Source of the DNA: Tubulanus polymorphus | Taxonomy: Eukaryota; Animalia; Nemertea | Length of the DNA: 64,000 bases | Reading direction: 5' to 3' | Assembly (NCBI RefSeq): GCF_964204645.1 | Contig: NC_134028.1 | Coordinates: forward strand, 3,844,001-3,908,000 | Part shown: one piece after another, positions 53,808 through 64,000 of the stretch | How the letters are laid out: each line of letters begins with the position of its first letter | How positions within the stretch are numbered: position 1 is the stretch's first letter | Program-made: the position numbers and the translations under genes | Notes under the pieces: model-generated | Told to the model about the DNA's origin: nothing | Seen by the model: only the letters and a program-made list of their open reading frames with translations | Databases searched by the model: none

Positions 53808-54311
53808 ATGAAGATCTTATACATATTGATATTGCTCTGTGTTCTGTTAATTTGCGTCGATGCTGCAAGGGGTAGGAGGAAGAATAGAGCGTTAAAAAAG
53901 AGAGGTAAAAAAGGAGGAGGAAAGAAAATTGGAATACAGGGAAAAGGAGGAAGAAAAGGAAAAGGAAAAAAGAAAAAATCACCGAAGAAGAGAAAAAACA
54001 AATCGAAAGGAAATGAAGGTATCCCAGCGGCAGACGATATTTTCGTAGGTGAAGGGGTTTTCATCGGTGAAGACGAAATTGCAAAACTGGTTGAAGAAAT
54101 AGGGGTAAATGATGACGGTAACGGAGAGTTGTGTTTCACACGAGATCAAAAGCAGGTGGCATTAGAACTTTGTAAAGTAGACTGCGCTGCAGGAGAAGAC
54201 TGTCAACATTGCGATTCGATGGTGTCACTACTGAACGAATGCGATCACGATAAAGCTCCTCAAAGTGACGGTGATATAAAAGAATATTCGCAAGGATTGT
54301 ACCTTCGTTAA
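53808..54311 (+). CDS. Secreted orphan protein (167 aa): signal peptide, Lys/Gly/Arg-rich polycationic segment, acidic segment, 6-Cys C-terminal domain
   Basis: MKILYILILLCVLLICVDA|ARGRRKNRALKKRGKKGGGKK... followed by DDIFVGEGVFIGEDE... and C-x12-C-x3-C-x5-C-x2-C-x9-C. Acceptor tttaag| just before the ATG, donor |gtgagt at ~53587 and TATATAA at ~53508 suggest a 5'-UTR exon. Confidence 0.8.
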   Translation: MKILYILILLCVLLICVDAARGRRKNRALKKRGKKGGGKKIGIQGKGGRKGKGKKKKSPKKRKNKSKGNEGIPAADDIFVGEGVFIGEDEIAKLVEEIGVNDDGNGELCFTRDQKQVALELCKVDCAAGEDCQHCDSMVSLLNECDHDKAPQSDGDIKEYSQGLYLR

Positions 54312-55353
54312 GAGTAACTAACGAAGAGAAATCCATACTACGCCGGATAAATATATACATTTAAAATATAACGAATTACTCAATACATTGTAAGTGTTAT
54401 TGAATAATAAGAATATGATAAGTATAATGAAAACAGTATTTTTATGATTGTGGAACAATAATTTACCAAATGCCATAAGATCGTAAGGGATAGCATTGAT
54501 CGGATAAGATGGCGGTTTCGCAAGTCCTTCAAGGCGAAAGCGCTTAAAGCGTGGCCAAAAGGTGCTTTACGAATTATCATTATCATCATTACTTTTTATT
54601 TTCATGGTTAGCGTTCGATGATATTTTGGTTGTCGCTCGTGTTAATGCGATTATACCGTATAGACGGCGATGGCGGAGTAGATCTACGTGAAAGAAACGC
54701 CCGAGAACTCGCATCAGTCAGTGATTGAATTTACTGTTAATCTTTAGTTTCTATTGAATGCACTTGAAACACTTGCAGAATCGAATTAGTTCATACCAAA
54801 CTATTTGAATACGATTTAAAAAAAAAACCTTTTCTGCAAAGATTAATTTGCGATGTGCAGTTTTCGGTACACTACGTGGCTATTAGACCAGCACAGTCGG
54901 GAGTCGCTCTGAATAAGTTCTCCGAAACGACCAGAATATACTAATATGAATAGGCTCTTTAATTTGAGTCACCGTCACAGAGACAAAGCGTTTACGTATG
55001 TCCGCATCCTCCCTCAGCTAGAATTCGAATTTGATAGCTAAACGAGATAAACCCCACTGAATTTATCAGCCAAAGATGATAAGTTCAGAAGTAGTAGAAG
55101 GGAAAATGCGTTTGAGCGACTTTTAACCATCATCAGGCGTACTGGTGGCAACGTCCGTGTAATAGCAGTCTCGCATGTCACCAGTTAGAAAGGTGATAAA
55201 CCAAAATTAACTGTCGTTTCTTTTCTTTAAAAAAAACATCGGTTTATTGCTTTATAGTACAGATGATTATGCCGAGAATTTGGTATAGATTTCAACAGGT
55301 GCCAATTTTATTACATACAGGCGTATACAGCTACAACAATGAACAACTCGTAA

Positions 55354-55572
55354 GGCCAAAAAAATTGATACCTTGTTTCTCCGCTCTGCTGAGCTTAAAT
55401 GCTGACCCGGCCGGCCGCCTATCTACCCTATACATTACTTTTTTAAAAATCGTGATCAATTTCACCATAACAGACCCGGCCGCTATAGAAATGAACTGTT
55501 TATAAATTTCATCATATTTTACAAAAATGACCCGGCCGCTGCGAAGAAACAAGGTATCATTTTTGTTTAGCC
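55354..55572. mobile_element. PIF/Harbinger-like MITE with internal gacccggccg repeats
   Basis: TIRs ggccaaaaaaattgataccttgtttc / gaaacaaggtatcatttttgtttagcc, flanked by TAA and CAA; three internal gacccggccg units. Confidence 0.7.
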
Positions 55573-56720
55573 CAACTGATCTTAAGTATATTCATATATA
55601 GAATTCAAATACATCTGTACAAGAACTAAAAGTCTCATCAACGCGATAAATGTTCGTGCATTTTACTAAATATTCTGTAAACAATTTACAAAAAAAAGAC
55701 ATAAATATTACGGTTTAATTGACGATCTGCCGGGCGCAGGTGAAACCAATACAGCATTTATCAACCGCACCCGTTCAACTTTTAATCGAGCACGTGAAAC
55801 AAGATATGATTAAAACACGGGGTAAAACTATTCCAATTTCTATTTTGCTGATAACGATACTTCAGGGTGGAAAAATGCGCCTTAAAAGAAGAAACGCATC
55901 GGAATATATGCGTTCATCAGAACGGTTTCTATGGAGATGGATAGCTGACAGATATATATTGAGTCGTAGACAAATCTCTAGCCGTTGTTCAAAATTGATT
56001 TCATTCCCTGCATTATTTTTCGAGTTTAATTGTTTGACTGATTGATATTCTGTCTAAAGGAGAACGCACAGGCTAAATTTAGAAACAAAATCCGATTCGA
56101 TGCGAATTCGTCGGAAATTGATCAGCTTTTACCGGGAATATCCGATACGGTTGAGATATATGAGATATCGCTTTTTGCACCAGTAGGCTTTTCATTTCGT
56201 GAAAATGATCGATTTTTTGTTTTTCGTTCTAGCGAATTGACAGATAGAGATAGAACTGTTTTGACTGGCGTGTTTTTGAAAACTGTCAATGCCCGCTGGG
56301 ATCGTATGGAAATACATAAATACATAAATATATTTATATATGTATATATGAATTGATTGACAACAACAGTGATTTCACAACACTGCATTCAGCAGTACAC
56401 ATTACTTCAATAGACTCCATCACGACTAAATGATCTATATACACGATATGTTCAAAGGATCTCGGCTGTAAATAATTAATCAGGATATACTCTAAAAGCC
56501 TGTTCGTGAGTTGTTTACCGTATTTCAAAATATACGCCATGAACAAAAATGAATGAATCTATCGTTTTGTTGAAACGGCCCTGGAAAGAACCCATATCCT
56601 ATATCCTGGCCTACGTCCTTACGATCTAGCCAATATCTATCGCTGGACGATACGTTACCTGTCAATATATATACATTATATTCCAAAAATTCAAATGAGA
56701 ATTTTTTTTAGAGAGGTCGC

Positions 56721-58256
56721 TTATTTGCGTTCTTTTCGTCCGAATAAACAGAACAATCTTAAAAAGAATTTCGTCGCGTTATTTGACGACGAGTCTCCGT
56801 TGCGTTTCAAGTCAATAGTGGATTGTAACTGTTTCCCTTTTTGTTTGGCGCCGAGACGCTGGACACACGAAGACGCGTGTTGTGGTTCCGATAGCATCGA
56901 AAACGATTGATCGTTATTAGTCTCACTAGGGGGCGTCTTGGCCAAAGAAGACGAATCGCTGATTAAACGATCTAAATGTTTTTGGATGGCCTCTCCGAGC
57001 AATTCGGCGTCGAAATCAGCCCCGTACACGTCCCACGTTTGTCCGTGTTCGTCGAATGTGATTTCCTTCACGGCGGTAATTTGGTCGTCTTCGTCTTGCA
57101 CTAATGAGCTCCGTATATCGTAATAAGCCTTGTCGGTTTTCGTTTGGAAAGTTTTAATCTTAGATTCGCGGGTTTCGACGCCGCTACCGACGAACACTTC
57201 CGGGTAAAGATTTTCCGGTTTGTGCGGTAAAACAGCGGGCGAATCGGAGAATGTTTGTTCGACGCTGCCGTCCAGGCTCGGCGAATTAGGGGGTGTTTGT
57301 TTTATTTTGTTAACGCGCGGAGTATTATCGAAAGAAACTTGTTTTCGCAAGACAGCCTGTGGTCGCTTCACGGAGCAATACGCCGATCCGTCCATAGAAG
57401 TTGCTCGCACGTATTTCGGAGGTGTTTTCCGGCGTTTCGTTTCTAGTTTGAAGTCTTTCATTATGGCACGAATATCGTCACGTGAACAGACAATACCGCC
57501 TTCGCGTGGATGAATACGTTTACTCGAGATCTGACTTTCGCTTAAAGAACGACATTCTTGACAAGGAGGGGAACGTCTCCGTCCAGTCTTTAACAAATAC
57601 TGTCTACCAGCTAGATTCCGATCGCAGCTGGGGCTACAAGCTATAAACTCTTCCAAATGTATGCGCTCCACTCTGGTCGGTGTCTCTTCGCCGCTTTTCG
57701 AACGAGCTTCTTTAGCCATACGAAAATCGCTCAAACTAGTCAAACTGCTTCTCCGTCGGAAATGTTCGCGAACCATTTCCGACGGAGGAGGCCACTCCGT
57801 AGTCTGCACAACATGGCGTCGAATTTTCTCTTTCACTTTATTCAAAATAACCGACGGCGTGCTAATCGATCGAGATATTTGATGACAATCCGAATAATTG
57901 ATATCGGCCCTTTCGATCAGTGGTTCCCCGCACATGACCGTATTCCTTCTCACCAACTGAAATTTAGTCCTCTTCTGAGCGAGAGTCTCGTTGTTGCCGG
58001 GTGGAGTCGTTTCACTGCCGGAGTTTGAACGCGGTCTGATTTTGTTTCTATCCGCGGCGGAGTCTGTCGTCGCCGCGCCGTTATCCGAATCAATTGAACC
58101 CTTCGATTCACGTCTGCTGTCTAAGAGTAACCGCGCGCATTCGTCTGGGTCGCTATCGTCAGCGGATACGACTTCCGTTTTAGACAAGTAATCGTCGGGA
58201 ACGGTTAAACTACGATTGTACAGAATCCGTCGTCGCTTGGCATTATCTGTCTGCAT
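56721..58256 (-). CDS. GRIN/GPRIN-like protein (G-protein-regulated inducer of neurite outgrowth C-terminal domain), ~511 aa, single coding exon
   Basis: Long Ser/Arg-rich, disordered-looking ORF ending in VKEITFDEHGQTWDVYGADFDAELLGEAIQKHLDRLI, matching the GRIN_C consensus (V..V.WDE.GMTWEVYGA..D.E.LG.AIQKHLE). First in-frame ATG is at 58256 (the track start is TTG); acceptor at 58411 upstream. Confidence 0.85.
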   Translation of the reverse strand: MQTDNAKRRRILYNRSLTVPDDYLSKTEVVSADDSDPDECARLLLDSRRESKGSIDSDNGAATTDSAADRNKIRPRSNSGSETTPPGNNETLAQKRTKFQLVRRNTVMCGEPLIERADINYSDCHQISRSISTPSVILNKVKEKIRRHVVQTTEWPPPSEMVREHFRRRSSLTSLSDFRMAKEARSKSGEETPTRVERIHLEEFIACSPSCDRNLAGRQYLLKTGRRRSPPCQECRSLSESQISSKRIHPREGGIVCSRDDIRAIMKDFKLETKRRKTPPKYVRATSMDGSAYCSVKRPQAVLRKQVSFDNTPRVNKIKQTPPNSPSLDGSVEQTFSDSPAVLPHKPENLYPEVFVGSGVETRESKIKTFQTKTDKAYYDIRSSLVQDEDDQITAVKEITFDEHGQTWDVYGADFDAELLGEAIQKHLDRLISDSSSLAKTPPSETNNDQSFSMLSEPQHASSCVQRLGAKQKGKQLQSTIDLKRNGDSSSNNATKFFLRLFCLFGRKERK

Positions 58257-60528
58257 TGTCGACGCGAGCTCGTTATTTATAAACTCTACGTATTGAATGC
58301 CACCAGGTGATGACGTAAATTTATTTCTGATGGATTTCAATTTGTATTATGAATCTCTCTCTCTCTCAGCGCTCGACGCTAAACCACGGCAGCAACGGTG
58401 TTGACATTATCTGAAATAACAAATGAAAACGTCTTTGAGAGAGAAATTATTCATCAAAAACTTCATTCGATGATGTATGATGCTTCGTACACGTCGTCGT
58501 TGTAATCAGAGCCCCGGAAATCAATACAAATATGAAATAGAGATGGGGCACATTTTTCAACTTCTTACGATGTAATCATACATAGATCTACAGATATTGT
58601 TTACGTCGGTCTAATTGATGCTTTTTAGAAATGGAAGAAAAATTATCGAAATGTTATATTTCAGAGTTTCTGTGGATATACGCGCATATATATGTTACAT
58701 AAGCTTCTTTCGAGTGATAATGATAATTCGCGTGTCTCAGTTACAAATTTAGACGATTCTTCAAACTAATTCCTAATTCCTAATCCTATTAGTATAACAG
58801 CCACACTGCTATAGACACGACAAAACAACATCAGTCACGTATCAATCTTCAAACATCACTGTCATCGGCTTAGGGATAAAAACACGTTTTGATGTCGAAA
58901 TACAAAAGACTACACAAAACCCAGGCAGCTCAGCTTTCTCTAATCATTTCATAAAGTCCTTAGTCTTTACATCATGTGCACCCAAGCCTGCCTTAGAAAT
59001 ATGGCATTTCCATGATTCTGGGAATACATCTGAACCCTCGAGAACAATGTGACGTTACATGTTTCCGTACTGTCGTAAATGTCAACGTCAGACTTCGGAA
59101 AGAAGCATCATTATGAAGAACGGGCTCATCTTGAGGCAAAATGCAGACCATGATAATAACATAAGCTGAATTATTCATCGAGGAAATGCATTCGATAGTT
59201 AGTTCTATACATCTCGGGAATACTTTGATTGGAACCCATTTACGCTGGGGACAAAAACTGGGGGTTAAATAGCACTTTATATATAACCATGTTATCCAAA
59301 TGAGCGCTAGTGCTGTGACTGCCTCTACCCTTCAGAAAGCACTTGACGATTCCATTATTGAGGGAATCAAACTCGACAATGGTTCTGACAAAATCGTCCA
59401 AAATGGAATTTTCAAGCCAGTGCCCCTTCACACATTGCCTCAGCTTTTTGAAGATGGTTAACCACGCAATTCAATCATGACACACAGTTCACGAAGAAGG
59501 GTACAGAATTTTCACGAATCTAACCAAATCGAGGAATAGATTGAATCCTACGATTTGTTCGTTTTATACAGATAAAGTCTAACTAAGGATAAAGGGTTAT
59601 AGAAAATACATTGATTTAAAATGACTCCGCTAAAATCACCAGATATCTTTTCATTTTTCTTCACTAATATGTATAGGCGTATGTACGTGGAACGTTATAA
59701 GGTAATAATTGTAATGAATGACGGTTATCTGCGTAATATCTGATATACCAACTCTCATTACTTAGTTTATAGGCTGCCATTATTTACGTTTAATCTTGAT
59801 ATCCGTGCTTTGATTAGATTCTCAATTTCCTTTAGTGCTCTCTACGCAAAATACCATAATGCAACAGCCGCCTGACGGGTTCGTGTGGTTATATCCCATA
59901 TTCAGTTAATACGCTTCTAATGTAGAGAAGCATTGATGAAATTATTTTCAGACACAGATACGCCATGCGCAAATGTAATTTTTTTGTGGAGCCATAAACT
60001 GATTGTAATTGTAATTGTGGGGTGAAGTAAACATTTACGTGGACTCGGAAGACGCTTCAAATTTTCACTCACAACTCCCGGAACGGAATTTACGAACAAC
60101 TAACAACTAAGGCAGGGGCGGAGCATAACTCACCTCTTTTTAACTGGTCGACACTTTCATGATTATGCGGACTGACTATTTCTACATGCATGAACATACT
60201 GCATAATTTACGTAGTTTGATGTTCACATACATGCACGCATTAGATTGATATTCATTCACGTAATGGACATCTGACATGACAGTCTATTGAACGTATACT
60301 GTAACATATTGAAAAGATCACGCTGACTTTGCTTCCGATTAAAGCCAGCTGGTATATACATTGGAGGTGGTGTAATCAACAACAAAAAAGAATTATTCGA
60401 AACAGAAATTGAAATTTCTATGCATATCAGAGAATTGGTTTATATCTTTAATATTGTTTATGTCAAAACTGGGAGAGATAATGACAGATTAACTATCCAA
60501 AATCCAGGGGGCAGTTCCATTCACAATT

Positions 60529-60625
60529 CTGGATCCAGTGTTCCACAGTTTCGATTTGACTCTAATATTCACTCAATAAAACTGAACTGCTTTCTAACTC
60601 ACAACGTGGCGAACCAGATACTGGG
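60529..60625. mobile_element. Degenerate MITE related to 1217-1362
   Basis: ctggatccagtgttccacag...tctaactcacaac shares the TIR and internal motif with the 1217 element. Confidence 0.45.
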
Positions 60626-63600
60626 ATATACTTAAATATCTGAGGTAAATTATCGCAGTGAACTCACTTTAACTAGTCATGTCTAACTTTACAAAACGAA
60701 AAGCGCTATACGTCAAAGGCTGAAGAACTATTAAAAGTCATCTGAATTGGAATGTTCTCTGCAGACTGGAGCATGAAATTCGTCCGTACCAGATTTAAAA
60801 CAAATTAAATTCAGGCAGGCAGTTCATTCAACCGATGTAGATTTCAATAAGATGAGATGCGACTTGACGTGGAATCGGATTACGCATGCATTTCTGATGT
60901 TGGATTGATGTTACGGCTGTTAAATGAATTACTTCGTTTCCGACTGCCGACACGGGACCAATCGTAAAATAAAAATCTGATTTCTAAAACCGGAATGAAA
61001 CGCAAACAAAACGTGACTGACTGTGTCGGAGAAACCGGACCGACCCCGTCCGTGATTAAAATCCAACGTGGTGTCTCCATGTTTGAAAATGTTCACAAAA
61101 TGTTTTTTAAATGACATTTGATTAAATATCTTTAAAACACGAGCTATTCCACAATTACTGGTGGTTAGATATCTAACCTTTACCTTAAGCCTGTAGGGAG
61201 CCATCAAAAAACTACACTGGGAATGGTTTCGCTCGAGGAAATTTTCCTTTTAATGGTGTATCATAAATGATGTATAAGCAGGCATAAACTCGAAGGGGTG
61301 GGGTAATATTTACAAATAGACTAAGAAAAAACATTTTGAAAATAGATCCGTTAAACGCGTATTTAACCATAAATGTGTTCGCATTATGCAGTTGAAATTA
61401 CTATTTTGATGATGACCGCGTTGCAATGGGTTAAAGATAGAACATATCGCCGAGAATGATGGAATAAAAAGCGAAACCGTTTCGACCGCACCTTCAAGTT
61501 CAGATTAAGGTTGAACGAAGATCATATTCTAATACGACGGCATTCTATTTTCGAGCGTCACACGCCGTGTTCTATAAATGATATCTTCAGGACAAGAACC
61601 GGTGTGGGATAATTGTATGACGCACTTCAGTAAATCTAGTTGCAATGGGTAAACGATCAAAAGGGTGATACTTAATTCTCCTGACGTCGTGTGTTTAGTG
61701 GAAAATACTAAGACTGTAACATTAATAGAATGGCAGGTTATTCTTATCGTACGTAATCAGTGTTCCTTTCACATGCATTAACTGCTATTTTCCGGTCCCC
61801 TAGGCATTCCTAGTATCGGAAGTCGACGCTACAGCCACCGTTAAATTTGTTCTCGAGTTTTCACGGGAGAATATCGGAGAGAGCGAGAGAGAAAAAACAA
61901 AGGCTTTAGACGTTTTAACAACCAGAAATAGAGCCACCAATTTGTGGCGATCAGGTCTACAGTGGTGTCGGATCGTCCATCAGTGCTGATTTAGCAAACT
62001 GGCCGTCTGAACTTTCCAAAGTTTCATCACCACGAACTTTACCACGATGAAAAAAAATAGATAGATCTGGATGAAAAGATTGTGTTATGCCGCGCAAATG
62101 ATGCAAATATGAACACACCAAAGGCAAATACCGACAAAAAATAATCAGCTACGCCTGCAACTTCCAAGAATTAAGTGATAACAGGATAAGAACGAGAGAG
62201 CGAGAGGAAGGAGGAGACCAAAATAATATTCTGATGAAATCTATCGGCGAGAATCCTGTATAAAGAATCCATTGTCGTCAGTAGCGTCTGCGCCTCGTGA
62301 ATATGAAAGGTCGTGGCATTTAAACAATATTCCCGAGAATTAGTCGCTAAAAGCAAAATAGGTAGAATATCAAAAGAGATGGATTTTCGCCGCTTAGTAT
62401 ATCGACCGGTTTGTTCCCCGTGCGCGTCTGAAAAAAAGTCTACCGCCGCAACATCGTCATCGACAGTTCGGTGCGAACCTCACCAATGATTTTCAATCTT
62501 CGATAGCGAAATAAACAGAACATTATATCGAATGATATGTATTTGTAGATTTCCCAGAGGATCCGAGTGAACATGCCGGTGCAACTTGAATATTCCACGA
62601 AAAAATAACTGAACCGTGGCCTGAAATTGTTTGGCTCAGTAGACCAATATGTCGATGCGAACTTTATTAGTACAGGAAATACCTCGGTTTTTTATCAGGG
62701 CCATATTTGAAATTCTTATCTTTGATATTAAATTATTCTAGTGATATTCAGTAAACCCCCGCTTTGCGTAAAGCCGTCATTTCAATTATCCTTAATTACA
62801 CGACGCCAATCGTAGCTCCACGTCCAGACAATTAAAAATCAGATCAGCTGAATATGGAAATTGTCGTCACAAGCGTTTTGTTTCATTCAGAGATTCTGAA
62901 TTTCTGTCGCTAATCTGTCACACAAACTGATGCATCAACTTGGCCAGGTATATCGCTCTATTTCTGTCTACTGCGTGATTGATTATGGAACAACGATGGA
63001 CGAGGAATCATCCGAAATGGCATCATTCACACAGGAAGGGTCGCTCTTCTTTTTTCGTGTCAAGATAAATGAGCTACAAATGAAATTAACGCCGAGCGAT
63101 GATCATCAGAGTGAATAAACCAAACGACAGGTAAAAATCCACACTCGGAGATACTCAAGGTCAATTGGATCCTGTCGCTGTGCACTTCGACATTTATACA
63201 CGTCACCATGGCAACTGAAACAAATCAACGGTTTATATGACACTGGTTTGGCCAGTGTATAAAAGTTGGCTACTGTCGTGTCTGTCGGTGTGACATTGCA
63301 TGACAGTTCATTACGGGGGCCACTAACCCGGTCATCACCACCACGTCTATCATGACTGACAACTCCTCAATTAATTACACGACGTCTCTTGTTACCAGGC
63401 ACATCTACAGTTTAGAGTCGAGGCAACTAGAGAGCTTTCAAGAAAAAAAGACTTCTGCGTTTCCGGTTTGGGTGAAAGGCCCGGATGTAGTTGATTCTGA
63501 TGGTTGTCAAAGCGGTGCTATCATTGGATAAAAAAACCCACTGTCTCAGCGATCGATGCTCGCGCGCGAAAACCAAAAAAGCGTAGAGAGATATTAGTAT

Positions 63601-64000
63601 TACGCATTATATGCAAAGTAGATCCGCGTGGCCTGTTCCAAGTGTCACGTGGTTGTCGGTGGAGATTGGGAAATTAATGAGAACGTTAAGACGGATTTAT
63701 CTTGTCACCTGAGAAGAGATCTTAGCGGATTTAAATCACTCATTAATATCACCGTTGACAGATATGTGAATCGTTATTGCTTTAGGAATTGAATTTGACT
63801 TATAGTTTATCCGTCAAAATGAAGAATTAACTAATGTATAATTTGGGCATATGCATCGTAAAATGAGGATTGGACTTAAGACACTTCAAAACGTCATTGC
63901 TAAGTAGCCCAATGTAACCCCAAGTTGAAAGTGACACGATGTAGCTTGCAAAAATGATCCATAATTAGACCGCTTCTTCGGAAACATAAAGCATAGAAAA

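Noticed and set aside
59320-59461. Protein-like frame LQKALDDSIIEGIKLDNG…, possibly a retroelement RT relic
   Set aside because: No downstream (Y/F)ADD motif or further RT segments; cannot be supported without a search.

Overview
Animal nuclear DNA, AT-rich, with short GT-AG introns. It looks like an invertebrate, plausibly a spiralian such as a nemertean, annelid or mollusc; the taxon is inference only. Left to right: (1) an intronless vesicular acetylcholine transporter gene (VAChT/SLC18A3, minus, 11840-13606). No ChAT coding exon could be recognised in the ~11.8 kb downstream, and ~22 kb of apparently non-coding DNA lies upstream. (2) A 12-exon multi-TM glycerophosphodiester phosphodiesterase of GDE2/GDPD5 type (36300-40338). 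(3) A tandemly duplicated ~4.2-4.7 kb cassette (40155-44821 and 46005-50220). Each copy has a secreted 14-Cys protein of no family I recognise, placed tail-to-tail with a minimal secreted astacin metalloprotease (131 bp between stops). One astacin is intact and one has a GT>AT splice-donor change; further decayed astacin relics lie between and upstream. (4) A 10-exon SLC15A4/PHT-like transporter that has lost the ExxER proton-coupling motif. (5) A secreted Lys/Gly-rich + acidic + 6-Cys orphan protein. (6) A GRIN/GPRIN C-terminal-domain protein. There are also long (TA)n microsatellites and several MITE-like or foldback elements. The best candidate for an undescribed system is the co-duplicated Cys-rich protein/astacin module, possibly a toxin, mucus-defence or protease-inhibitor pair. 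All gene models were assembled by eye from splice sites and reading frame, with no database searches.
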